Origin: Chloroflexota bacterium
GTDB taxonomy: Bacteria; Chloroflexota; UBA11872; VXOZ01
Length of the DNA: 64,000 bases
Direction of reading: 5' to 3'
Assembly: GCA_964291655.2 (NCBI GenBank)
Contig: OZ219802.1
Location: 1,664,001-1,728,000 of the forward strand
This document shows, piece after piece, positions 10,414-20,056 of the stretch. A program made the translations under genes and the position numbers. The notes under the pieces are model-generated. The model did not search any database. It was not told where the DNA came from and saw only the letters and a program-made list of their open reading frames with translations. The stretch's first letter is position 1. Each line of letters starts with the position of its first letter.

Positions 10414-11037
10414 ATGGTGGCTGACTCTACTCGACGACCTAGGCGACGGTCCGTTCGCTTGAAAGAATTCGATTATGCGCAACCAGGAGCGTATTTCGTG
10501 ACGGTCTGTGCGAACGACCGAAGGGATGTATGGGGCAAGGTGCGCGGTGGAGGAGTTTCGCTCAACGACCTTGGACTCATCATTGAAGATTGCTGGGAGA
10601 ATATACCTGCTCACTTTCCCCACGTAAGTCTCGACCATTTCTGCGTGATGCCTAACCATCTCCATGGCATTCTCTCCTTTGCGCATACGGGCGGAGGCAC
10701 GATATATCGTGCCTCTACGATCGAGTCTGATGCGTTGAGTAATTCGGTGGGAGTCGAGTCGCCTTCCGAGGCAGGAAAAGAGCAGTTTTCTCACCCAGTT
10801 GCGGGATCGCTGCCAACAGTAATTCGGACCTTTAAGGCGGCGGTCACAAGGTACGCGCGCAGCATTAGGGAACATGGGGATTTCAAGGTTTGGCAGCGAG
10901 GGTACTATGAGCGGGTAATTCGCGACGAAAGGGAACTCGAAGAAGTGCGCAAATACATTTCCAACAATCCAGCGAAATGGGATTTGGATACTGAGAATCC
11001 AGCAGTTCGAACCAAAGAATCGTTGGGTACGCATTGA
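10414..11037 (+). CDS. REP-associated tyrosine transposase (RAYT, IS200-like Y1 HUH family)
   Basis: RRSVRLKEFDYAQPGAYFVTVC, HUH motif MPNHLH, WQRGYYE and YISNNP; flanked by GTAG REPs. Confidence 0.93.
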   Translation: MVADSTRRPRRRSVRLKEFDYAQPGAYFVTVCANDRRDVWGKVRGGGVSLNDLGLIIEDCWENIPAHFPHVSLDHFCVMPNHLHGILSFAHTGGGTIYRASTIESDALSNSVGVESPSEAGKEQFSHPVAGSLPTVIRTFKAAVTRYARSIREHGDFKVWQRGYYERVIRDERELEEVRKYISNNPAKWDLDTENPAVRTKESLGTH

Positions 11038-11049
11038 GACTACTCAATC

Positions 11050-11077
11050 GTAGGGGCACGATATATCGTGCCCCTAC
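11050..11077. repeat. GTAG-type REP, family 1 (downstream of RAYT)
   Basis: gtaggggcacgatatatcgtgcccctac. Confidence 0.92.
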
Positions 11078-11103
11078 TACCTACTAGTGCAAGATTTAAC
11101 CCC

Positions 11104-12309
11104 GTGGCAGCAACTCAGCAAGAGAATTCAACCGACTCCCCTGCTCGGCCTGATCGGCTGACCATCTGGGCATTCTATGTCGGCACGTTTCTCTACTGGG
11201 GCGCGCTGTACATCTATTCGCCGATTCTCTCGGTGTATGCGGAGTCGCTGGGAGCGACGTTTACGCTCATCGGCATCGTGGTTGGTACCTACGGCCTGGT
11301 GCAGATGGTGCTGCGAATCCCGCTGGGCATACTATCCGACCGCTGGGGCCGGCGGCTGCCGTTTCTCTACGCGGGACATTTCTTCAACATCATCGGGTGC
11401 CTGGGCCTCGCGCTCGCGCCTACCGCCACGTATTTGGCCGTGTTTCGCGGCGTGTTGGGCATCAGCGCTGCCACCTGGGTGGCGTTTACGGTGCTTTACG
11501 CCAGCTACTTTCCGGCCGACGAAGCCCCCAAGGCCATGGGCATCATGTCGGCCATCAACGGCGTCTCGCTAATCGTGGTGAATCTTGCCGGCGGCCAAAT
11601 CGCCGAATCCTTGGGCATGGTAGCCACGTTCTATGCCGGCGCCGGCTTGGCCGTCATCGGTCTGATTTCGACCGTCCCGATCAAGGAAAAGCGCGTCACG
11701 CGCAAACCGCCAACCGTGCGGCAGATCTGGCGCATCATGACCCATCCGGCGCTCATCATCGTGGCCTCGGTGACGGCGCTGAACCACTACGCCTTTTGGG
11801 CGACGACGTTCAGCTTTGTACCCGTCTACGCCGACGACCTGGGGGCAAGCAAGTTTACGCTTGGCATCATCGGCGTGGTCTCGCTGGTGCCGTATACGCT
11901 GGCGTCACTCGTCAACCACCGCTTTGCCCAACGCCTCGGCGATAATTGGGCGGTCTTTACCGGCATGATGATCATGGCCGCTACCACGTTCGTGGTGCCG
12001 CTTATTCAGGACATACCGCTCCTCGCGGCCTCCCAGGGCATCAACGGCATCGGGCGCGGCATTGTCTATCCCTTGCTCATGGGGCTGAGCATTCGTGAGA
12101 TTTCCGGCGAGGACCGCGCCACCGCCATGGGCGTCTTCCAAGCCGTGTACGCCATTGGCATGTTCGTCGGCCCCATGACGGCGGGCGCGGTGGCCGACCT
12201 GCTCGGTCTGGGCGGTGCGTTCATTCTCTCCGGCGCTGTGTCGGTCTTGGCGGCGCTGACGGCGCTTGTGCTCATCAAGCGGAGACCGGCGGAGCAGGCG
12301 GCGGGATAG
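11104..12309 (+). CDS. MFS transporter
   Basis: About 12 TM segments and motif A GILSDRWGRR. The track start (11068) lies inside a REP, so GTG 11104 is preferred. Confidence 0.92.
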   Translation: MAATQQENSTDSPARPDRLTIWAFYVGTFLYWGALYIYSPILSVYAESLGATFTLIGIVVGTYGLVQMVLRIPLGILSDRWGRRLPFLYAGHFFNIIGCLGLALAPTATYLAVFRGVLGISAATWVAFTVLYASYFPADEAPKAMGIMSAINGVSLIVVNLAGGQIAESLGMVATFYAGAGLAVIGLISTVPIKEKRVTRKPPTVRQIWRIMTHPALIIVASVTALNHYAFWATTFSFVPVYADDLGASKFTLGIIGVVSLVPYTLASLVNHRFAQRLGDNWAVFTGMMIMAATTFVVPLIQDIPLLAASQGINGIGRGIVYPLLMGLSIREISGEDRATAMGVFQAVYAIGMFVGPMTAGAVADLLGLGGAFILSGAVSVLAALTALVLIKRRPAEQAAG

Positions 12310-12624
12310 CGCGGCAAACGCGAGAATACGGGGTCAATTGCGGAGCACCTATCATCATTACTTGGGGATGATTGGCGTTAGGTCTAGATAAATCTTGGCG
12401 GCATGCCTTTGACGCTTCCCCAATTTTCTGGATTCCGGCTTGTGCCGGTATGATGGACTGTCGCGCGTTTCCCTTACGGAACAAGTGCACATGAACGGCA
12501 TGGGACGCCTGCACAGTGTCAGCACGAGCAATACCATGTAGCATACAAGGGCATTCAGCGAAAGCAATACACGGCGGCAGAGAGATTCTCACTAGAGCTT
12601 GAGATGAGCAAAGGAGCAAACGCC

Positions 12625-13617
12625 ATGAAGATCGGTGTACGCGCGAACCGGCAGTCGCTACAGAGTGGCGGAGACGATTACCTGCGCTTCTTGCAGCAAA
12701 TTGGTGTTGACTGCATCGATATCGAACTCGGGATGGTGCCAGGATACGACGAGACCGGGTGCTTTACGCGGGAAGGATTGCACGACATCGTGACGCGCTT
12801 TGCTACGGCCGGTCTGCGCATCGAGCGCGCCAATGCCACCAATTCTCATCACCTCGATGCCCTTATCGGCGGCCCTAACGCGGCCCAGCAGCGCGATCAC
12901 CTTTGCACCATGGCGGAGTTGCTGGGTGAGATGGACGTGCCCGTGATGGGCGTCCAGTGCTTTCAAGCCGCCAATGCCGGGGGCAGCACCACAACCGGGC
13001 GGTCCTGGCCGGAGGGCCGCGGCGGCTACCGCTACTACCACTTCAACCTCGCTGATGAAGAGGCAGGTCAAACCGCCCCGCGCTTCAACGTTACCGCCGA
13101 CCTGCTCTGGGAAAATCTTCTCTCCACCTACAAGCAACTAATACCTGTGGCTGAAGGCGCAAACATAAACGTCGCGATGCACGGCAACGATCCGCCGCTG
13201 TATGAACTCTACGGCAATCCGCAAATCCTCTGCCGCTTTGCCGACTTCGACCGTCTCTTCAGCGAGGTTCCCAGTCCGCACAACACCATGACGTTTTGCG
13301 TCGGCACGCGCTACGAATCAGGCGAGAGCATCTTTGAGGGAATCCGCCGCTTCGGCGGGCAGGGCAAGATCGTCCACGTGCACTTCCGCAACGTGCGCGG
13401 CACGCTGCCGGTAGACGGCAGCTACAGCGAGGTCTTCTTGGATGAAGGCGACATGCACATGCAGCAAGTCGTGGAGGCGCTGCATGGGGTACACTACCAA
13501 GGTGCCATTGACTTCGACCACGTGATGCAGTTGACCGGCGACACGGCGAATGGACATCAATACGTTGCCTACTCGGTGGGCTACGTACGGGCGCTACTGC
13601 AGGGGTTGGGGAATTAG
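12625..13617 (+). CDS. Mannonate dehydratase (UxuA)-like TIM-barrel protein, divergent
   Basis: LWENL...LIPVAE..NINVAMHGNDPP, MTFCVG, HVHFRNVRG, FLDEGD and DH; RBS aaggag. Confidence 0.85.
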   Translation: MKIGVRANRQSLQSGGDDYLRFLQQIGVDCIDIELGMVPGYDETGCFTREGLHDIVTRFATAGLRIERANATNSHHLDALIGGPNAAQQRDHLCTMAELLGEMDVPVMGVQCFQAANAGGSTTTGRSWPEGRGGYRYYHFNLADEEAGQTAPRFNVTADLLWENLLSTYKQLIPVAEGANINVAMHGNDPPLYELYGNPQILCRFADFDRLFSEVPSPHNTMTFCVGTRYESGESIFEGIRRFGGQGKIVHVHFRNVRGTLPVDGSYSEVFLDEGDMHMQQVVEALHGVHYQGAIDFDHVMQLTGDTANGHQYVAYSVGYVRALLQGLGN

Positions 13618-13717
13618 GGCGACTTTCCCGATGTCACGGCGAACCATTGCTTGGATGTAGGTTGTGAGAGACTTTACCCCCGTTTGTTGATGTAGGCACG
13701 CGCCAAGAGTGCTTCGA

Positions 13718-14019
13718 CCCTTCGATAGGCTCAGGCCGGGCAGGCTCAGCACGAACGGAACAGGGGGACTAAGCTGACTGTTCTTGACGACAATCGAGAG
13801 AGACCCCAGCCGTTCGCCCTGAGCACGGTCGAAGGGTAAACGGCGACGCAGCAGCGGGCTAGGGATGTACCGCACGAACGGCATGGAGCCGGACAAACGG
13901 CACTGAGCATGCTCAGCACAAACGGAACAGTGGGACTAAGCCGACTGTCCTTGACGACAATCGAGAGAGACCCCAGCCGTTCGCCCTGAGCACAGTCGAA
14001 GGGTAAACGGCGGCGCAGC
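13718..14019. repeat. Tandemly duplicated REPIN-like unit (CCCTTCGA..CTCAG family)
   Basis: A ~108-bp block starting gctcagcacRaacgg occurs at 13744 and 13911; each ends in ccgttcgccctgagcacRgtcgaaggg. Confidence 0.85.
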
Positions 14020-14140
14020 GTTGGGCTATTGGACCCACAGAGACTCGTTGCAACGCACAAGGCTGATTTGAAGAATAGAGGTACAAGTCACGAGAGAAGA
14101 TCCAAATTCACACTTGGGTAGAACAAGGAGCACAGAAGAA

Positions 14141-14905
14141 ATGCAGAAGAATTGGGCGCTGGCGAAGATCCGCGCCGGGGGCGTCACCGCCGGACCCGCG
14201 ATGGGCATCGACTCGCCGGACTTGGCGGAGCAAGTCGCCCACGTTGGCTTCGACTTTGTGAGCTTTGACTGGCAGCACGGGCAGTGGACCGAACTGTCGC
14301 TGAACAACGCATTGGCGCGCTTTCTCCATACCGATACCGTGCCGATTGTGCGCGTCAAGGGCCACGAGCCCGGCACTATCAACCGCGTGCTCGACATGGG
14401 GGCGCTGGGCGTCATTGTCCCCATGGTGGAGACCGCCGAACAGGCCGCGGCCGCTGCGAGCCCGGCGCGGTTCCCGCCAGCGGGCACCCGCTCCGGCGGC
14501 GGCATGCGCCTCAATCTCATCGGGGGCGGCACGGCGCAGGACTACTTTGCCGCCGCCAATGATGAGGTCATGGTAATCGTCATGGTGGAGAGTGAAGAGG
14601 CCATTGCCAACGTGGAGAGCATCATGCAGGTGGAGGGCGTGGACGTAGTGCTCATCGGCCCCGGCGACCTCATGATCAACGTGCACGCCCACGGTCACGA
14701 CGAGGCCCACCATGAGGCGCTGGTGCAGCAGGTCGCCGCCGCCGGCAAACGCACCGGCACCGCGGCTGGCTACGTCTGCCAGAGCTACGAGCAAGCCCAG
14801 CAGCGTGTTGCTGAGGGCTTCCGCTTCCTCTGGTTCGGCAACGATAGCGTCTTTGTAAGTACCGGCATGCAGAACCTCCGGCAGGAAATTGAGACGCTGG
14901 GATAA
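14141..14905 (+). CDS. HpcH/HpaI class II aldolase
   Basis: GFDFVSFDWQHG, VLDMGALGVIVPMV, MVES and IGPGDL. Confidence 0.92.
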   Translation: MQKNWALAKIRAGGVTAGPAMGIDSPDLAEQVAHVGFDFVSFDWQHGQWTELSLNNALARFLHTDTVPIVRVKGHEPGTINRVLDMGALGVIVPMVETAEQAAAAASPARFPPAGTRSGGGMRLNLIGGGTAQDYFAAANDEVMVIVMVESEEAIANVESIMQVEGVDVVLIGPGDLMINVHAHGHDEAHHEALVQQVAAAGKRTGTAAGYVCQSYEQAQQRVAEGFRFLWFGNDSVFVSTGMQNLRQEIETLG

Positions 14906-14962
14906 ACCACGTAATTTTCGGAGCGGATGGAAATTCGTAAGCGTAGCAGAGCGAGGAGTGCC

Positions 14963-16027
14963 ATGAGCAGCGATTTGCGGGCGGGAGTCTTGGGCGTAGG
15001 GCGGGGGCTGAGCTTTGTCCGTGTGCTCCAGGCCATGGATGGCGTGAATGTGACGGCCATAGCGGATATGAACGCCGAACGGGTGCAAACGGTATGTGAC
15101 GAGCACAACGTGCCCCACGGCTTTGCCACGCTTGAGGAGATGCTGGCAGAAGACTTGGACCTGGTGGTGGTAGCAACACCGATAGCGCAGCACGCCGCGC
15201 ATGCCATACAGGTGCTCGAGGCGGGCGTGAACGTGCTCTCCGAAATTCCTACGCTCGCCACGCGGGAGGAGGCCGACCAGTTAGTAGCCGCCGTTGAAAA
15301 GAGCGATGCGCTCTACATGACCAGCGAGAACTGCAATTACTGGGCGTACGTGCACTCTCTCCGGCACCTCAATGAGCGGGGAGACTTCGGACAGATCTTC
15401 GCCGCGGAAGCCGAGTATATTCACAGCATCCCCAGTCTGCGGCGCGATGAGCACGGCAATCCCACGTGGCGGGCGACGATGCTGCCGATCATCTACCTCA
15501 CCCACAGCCTCGGCCCGGTGATGTCGGTCACCGGCCAGTATCCCGTGGAGGTGGTCTGTCTGGGTACAGCGGAGCACTTCGAACCGGGCCTCACCGACAT
15601 TCAGATGGCCATCTTTCGCATGACTGACGACAGCGTCGTGCGCATAACGTGTTCTTTCGCCAACTGCCATTGGGGCAACCACCGTCAGGTCTTCATGGGT
15701 ACCGAGGCGACATTCGATTCCGGCTGGATTGGCAAAGATGAGCCGAAATTCCGCTACGCGGGAGGAGACTTCACCATACCCGATAACCTGCCGCTGGGCA
15801 CGAACTATCCCGATGCGCCGGAAGCCGCTGCCCTCGGCGGACACGGCACTGCCGAATGGTACATGCTGGAAGACTTTTTCACGGCGATCCGCACCGGCGG
15901 ACCGGTGCCCATTGACGTCTACGAAGGCATCATGTACAGCCTGCCGGGTATCTGCGCGGCGGAATCAGCCGCCAACGGCGGTCGGCCGGTCGCCATTCCC
16001 CAGTACCAACTGCAGCGCGGCGGATAG
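14963..16027 (+). CDS. Gfo/Idh/MocA family oxidoreductase (copy 1)
   Basis: Rossmann GVLGVGRG, VVVATP..H, VLSEIP, AEYIH, YLTHSLGP and GGHG. Confidence 0.92.
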   Translation: MSSDLRAGVLGVGRGLSFVRVLQAMDGVNVTAIADMNAERVQTVCDEHNVPHGFATLEEMLAEDLDLVVVATPIAQHAAHAIQVLEAGVNVLSEIPTLATREEADQLVAAVEKSDALYMTSENCNYWAYVHSLRHLNERGDFGQIFAAEAEYIHSIPSLRRDEHGNPTWRATMLPIIYLTHSLGPVMSVTGQYPVEVVCLGTAEHFEPGLTDIQMAIFRMTDDSVVRITCSFANCHWGNHRQVFMGTEATFDSGWIGKDEPKFRYAGGDFTIPDNLPLGTNYPDAPEAAALGGHGTAEWYMLEDFFTAIRTGGPVPIDVYEGIMYSLPGICAAESAANGGRPVAIPQYQLQRGG

Positions 16028-16051
16028 CGTAGGGCGCAGCCTGATTCGTCG

Positions 16052-16107
16052 CCCTCACCCCCGTATCACGTACGGGGCAGGCTCTAACCCTCTCCCCCAG
16101 GAGAGGG
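16052..16107. repeat. CCCTCACCC/CCCTCTCCC REP carrying a 24-bp palindromic insert
   Basis: ccctcacc[cccgtatcacgtacggggcaggct]ctaaccctctcccccaggagaggg. Confidence 0.8.
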
Positions 16108-16335
16108 AAAAAAAGCTAAGCAGCAGGCGCAGCAGTTCCCCAACGGAGCGATGTACTGAAAGTGAAAGAGAAGGATGCGCGTCGATGAAAGGTGTAGTTT
16201 CCTCCGGTTTGACACCAGCGCGGTCTTTGTGAACAACGGTGTGGGAAACTTCCTTGAGGAGATGAGCACGGAGGTCTAGGCGGTTCCAATTTTGGACTCG
16301 AATAGAATCTTCGGCAAAGTGGAGCGAGGAGTGCT

Positions 16336-17397
16336 ATGAACAGCGAATTGCGTGCGGGCGTATTCGGCGTGCGGCGCGGGCGGAGTTTTGTGCGCGTGTT
16401 GCAGGCCATGGACGGTGTAAGCGTTACGGCAATTGCCGACATGAACGCCGAACGGCGGGAAACGATTTGTGAAGAGCACAACGTACCCCAGGGTTACGCC
16501 ACGCTAGAGGAGATGCTGGCTGAGGACTTGGACCTCGTGGTGGTGGCGACACCGGCGCCCCAGCACGCTAAGCATTCCATACAGGTGCTCGAGGCGGGCG
16601 TGAACGTCATCTCCGAGATTCCCATCCTTGCCACCCGGAAAGAGGCCGACCAACTCGTTGCCGCGGCGGAATCGAGCGACGCCCTCTACATGTGCGGTGA
16701 AAACTGCAGCTACTGGGCGTATGTGCACTCCCTCAAGCACCTCAACCAACGCGGGGACATGGGACAGATCTTCGCCGCGGAAGCCGAGTACATTCACAAC
16801 ATTCCAAAACTGCGGCGCGACGAGCACGGCAATCGCATCTGGCGGTCGCCCATGCCCCCAATCACGTATCTCACGCACAGCCTGGGGCCGATCATGTGGG
16901 TCACCGGACAGTATCCGGTGGAGGTCGTGTGCCTGGGGACCAAGGAGCACTACGAACCGGACCTCGACGACATCCAGGTGGCGATCTTCCGCATGACCGA
17001 TGATAGCGTTGTGCGCATTTCCTGCTCGTTTGCCAATTCTCACTGGGGCAACCATCGGCAGGTGTTCATGGGCACCAAGGCGACGTTTGACTCCGGCTGG
17101 ATCGGCAAGGACGAACCGAAGTTCCGCTACGCCGGAGAAGGAGAGTTTGTCGTGCCGGACAATCTTCCGCTGGGCACGAACTTCCCCGATGCACCGGAAA
17201 CCGCCGCTCTGGGCGGTCACGGCACCGCCGAGTGGTTCATGCTAAAGGACTTCATGAAGGCCATCCGCGAGGGCAGTCCCGCGCCCATCGACGTTTACGA
17301 CGGCATCATGTACAGTCTGCCGGGCGTCTGCGCCGCCGAATCTGCCGCCAACGGCGGCCAGCCGGTGGCGATTCCGCAGTACCAACTGCAGCGCTAA
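16336..17397 (+). CDS. Gfo/Idh/MocA family oxidoreductase (copy 2, tandem paralog)
   Basis: Collinear with and highly similar to 14963-16027, including the RBS region gagcgaggagtgcYatg. Confidence 0.92.
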   Translation: MNSELRAGVFGVRRGRSFVRVLQAMDGVSVTAIADMNAERRETICEEHNVPQGYATLEEMLAEDLDLVVVATPAPQHAKHSIQVLEAGVNVISEIPILATRKEADQLVAAAESSDALYMCGENCSYWAYVHSLKHLNQRGDMGQIFAAEAEYIHNIPKLRRDEHGNRIWRSPMPPITYLTHSLGPIMWVTGQYPVEVVCLGTKEHYEPDLDDIQVAIFRMTDDSVVRISCSFANSHWGNHRQVFMGTKATFDSGWIGKDEPKFRYAGEGEFVVPDNLPLGTNFPDAPETAALGGHGTAEWFMLKDFMKAIREGSPAPIDVYDGIMYSLPGVCAAESAANGGQPVAIPQYQLQR

Positions 17398-17510
17398 ACG
17401 TAGGGCTAAGTACCCGCGATGCTTGGCAGTAGGGATAGTAGGATTATCCGGTTTGGGAGCGGCGCATCCTTATTTATGCGCACTGAGATAGTCCATGAAC
17501 ACGAATACTC

Positions 17511-17539
17511 TTGCAGACGCGTATACATCGTGATACACT
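17511..17539 (+). promoter_or_regulatory. Putative sigma70-type promoter
   Basis: TTGCAG-N17-TACACT with TG extension, upstream of the 17606 ORF. Confidence 0.4.
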
Positions 17540-17605
17540 TCTAGTGGAACAGTTGCGGTTTTTTGGCTTGGCATTGTGTCTACGGGCGGCAGGAGTAGCA
17601 CGGCG

Positions 17606-17878
17606 ATGGACTATGAGTTCTTCGGCACACTTGCTGCAATTATTGTTGCCTCCGTTGCGGTTTTCACGTTTCTTCTAAGCATAAAGAATGAAATACGGGA
17701 AGACCTTAGGGACGTGCGGAAAGACATGCGGGAGATGCGCGAGGACATGCGGGAGATGCGGGAAGACATCCGCGGCCTTCGCAACAGCGTGGAAAGTCTG
17801 AGCGAGCGGGTAGCGCGCATTGAAGGCCTCATCATTAGGCCGCGAGAGCTGCAAACACACCAGGAAAGTACGGATTAG
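17606..17878 (+). CDS. Small membrane-anchored coiled-coil protein
   Basis: N-terminal TM segment, heptad repeats DMREMRE encoded by a 21-bp tandem repeat, C-terminal RVARIEG; RBS aggag. Confidence 0.75.
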   Translation: MDYEFFGTLAAIIVASVAVFTFLLSIKNEIREDLRDVRKDMREMREDMREMREDIRGLRNSVESLSERVARIEGLIIRPRELQTHQESTD

Positions 17879-18264
17879 CAAGAGGGTGTAGTGTCAGACC
17901 GCTCCTCGTTGCGGGTAGGCAGAATCTCTACGCTAGAACAGCTCTGCACCGTGAAAACAATTCGATCCGAAAGGTAACTGAGCTTGTTGCCCGGGCGCAT
18001 GTGGCGGCTATTCAGGTCCCGCAAGCTGCAAATTGAGCTCTTTTGAGGTACACCGCGACCGAAAGACGCGAGAAGATCAATTAAAGAAAAATGACGGAGG
18101 ATAGGATCAAATAAAATCCATTCTCCGTCTCTTTTTTTTGTCACCGTGGCACATGCCAGTAATGAATGTTCTGCCTACGAAACGGCACGACCGAGCCACC
18201 AGCCGGCTTCGGTCAGCAAGCGATCACCACAACAATGCGCGTTTGAACGGCGCTTTCCCGCCCT

Positions 18265-19146
18265 CTAGCCGAAGCGGCCGGTAATGTACGCCTCGGTGCG
18301 CTCGTCCGTGGGATTTGTGAAGAGGTCGGTGGTGGGGCCGAACTCGATGAGCTTGCCCCGGGCTGTGTCGTCGGAGAGCATGAAGGCCGTGTAGTCGGAG
18401 ACGCGGGCGGCCTGCTGCATGTTGTGGGTAACAATGATGATGGTGAAGTCCTTGGCAAGCTCGCGCATGAGGTCTTCGATCTTCAGCGTGGCGATAGGGT
18501 CCAGCGCGGAGCACGGCTCATCCATGAGCAGCACTTCAGGAGAGACCGCGATGGCGCGGGCGATGCAGAGGCGTTGCTGCTGACCGCCGGAAAGCGCGAG
18601 TCCGCTCTGCTTCAGGTCGTGATTGACCTCATCCCAGAGGGCAGCACCGCGCAGCGCCGCTTCCACCAGTTCATCTTCGTCGGCTTGATAGCCATTCACG
18701 CGCGCGCCGAAGAGGATGTTGTCGCGGATCGAGCGCGGGAACGGGTTCGGCTTCTGGAAGACCATGCCGATGCGCCGCCGCACCTCAACCGGGTCCACCG
18801 TATCCGCGTAGATTTCCGTGCCTTCCAACAGCACGTTGCCTTGAGTACGCACGCCGCCGATGAGTTCATTCATGCGGTTGACCCCACGCAGCAGCGTGCT
18901 CTTGCCGCAGCCGGAGGGACCGATGACGGCCGTGATCTTCTTGCGCGGAAACCTGATGGAGACGTCAGTAACGGCCTGGAAATCCCCGTACCAAAGACTG
19001 AAGTTATTCACTTCAACGGCCGGATCGGGAATCTCCATTGGAGAGTCCTCCGGCAATTCCGCAGGGGCAGGTTGCGTCACCACAGCTTCGACAGTGCTTT
19101 CTTCCGCATAGGTCTTCTTTAATGGCACCTTTATCATACTGTTCAT
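18265..19146 (-). CDS. pstB: Phosphate ABC transporter ATP-binding protein
   Basis: [42 protein letters not shown] and YITGRFG. Confidence 0.97.
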   Translation of the reverse strand: MNSMIKVPLKKTYAEESTVEAVVTQPAPAELPEDSPMEIPDPAVEVNNFSLWYGDFQAVTDVSIRFPRKKITAVIGPSGCGKSTLLRGVNRMNELIGGVRTQGNVLLEGTEIYADTVDPVEVRRRIGMVFQKPNPFPRSIRDNILFGARVNGYQADEDELVEAALRGAALWDEVNHDLKQSGLALSGGQQQRLCIARAIAVSPEVLLMDEPCSALDPIATLKIEDLMRELAKDFTIIIVTHNMQQAARVSDYTAFMLSDDTARGKLIEFGPTTDLFTNPTDERTEAYITGRFG

Positions 19147-19159
19147 CCCCTCCCCTGGG

Positions 19160-20056
19160 CTAATATTTAGTGCGGAGTCGTTGACGCAGATAGATTGCTA
19201 CGGAGTTTAGCGCAATGAGTACGACGAGCAGGACAATGATGCCGGCTGCCGCCAATTCATGGAATTCCGACTGTGCGCGTGAGACCCAGTTGAAAATCTG
19301 AATCGGCAACACGGTAAAGCGATCAAGCGGATGTTCAGGGAGAAACGGAACGAACGTCAGGGCGCCGATGGTAATGAGCGGCGCGGTTTCGCCGATGGCG
19401 CGCGCCGCCGCCAGAATGGCGCCGGTGAGCATGCCGGGCAGGGCATACGGCAAGACGTGGTGGCGTACGGTCTCCCACTTGGAAGCGCCAAGCGCAAAAG
19501 AAGCTTCCCGCATGCTTGGCGGCACGGCGCGTATCGCCTCGCGGGAAGCGACGATGATGATGGGTAGGATAAGCAGCGCCATGGTGCATGAACCGGCCAG
19601 CACGCTGCGTCCCATCTCCATCCAACGCACGAACACCTGCAGGCCAAGCAATCCGTACACGATAGAGGGCACCCCGGCCAAGTTGGCAATGTTCACCTGA
19701 ATAAACTGGGTAAACCAGTTATCGCCGGCATATTCTTCCAGGTAGATTGCCGACATAACTCCAATGGGCACGGCGAGCAGCATGGTAAAGAGCATCATAT
19801 AGAGCGTGCCAAAGAGTGCCGCCTTAATCCCGGCACGTTCCGGGAAGCGCGAGTCGAAGCTGGTAAAGAACTGCCAGTCCAGCCAACCGGTGCTCTGAAT
19901 AATGACGTCTGCCAGAAGCACAACCAGAGTAACAACGCCGAGCAGCACGCTCAGCAGGCCCAACACCACGAAAAAGTGGGCCTTGATGCGCCGCCATTGC
20001 ATGCTGGCATTGAAGATTGGCTCGCTGCGGCCAACCGTTCGGGTGTCTTCAGACAT
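19160..20056 (-). CDS. pstA: Phosphate ABC transporter permease
   Basis: [21 protein letters not shown] and RAIGETAP. Confidence 0.96.
   Translation of the reverse strand: MSEDTRTVGRSEPIFNASMQWRRIKAHFFVVLGLLSVLLGVVTLVVLLADVIIQSTGWLDWQFFTSFDSRFPERAGIKAALFGTLYMMLFTMLLAVPIGVMSAIYLEEYAGDNWFTQFIQVNIANLAGVPSIVYGLLGLQVFVRWMEMGRSVLAGSCTMALLILPIIIVASREAIRAVPPSMREASFALGASKWETVRHHVLPYALPGMLTGAILAAARAIGETAPLITIGALTFVPFLPEHPLDRFTVLPIQIFNWVSRAQSEFHELAAAGIIVLLVVLIALNSVAIYLRQRLRTKY

Noticed and set aside
17875-18144. 89-aa minus-strand ORF in a lower-GC patch
   Set aside because: No RBS, atypical codon usage and no motifs.
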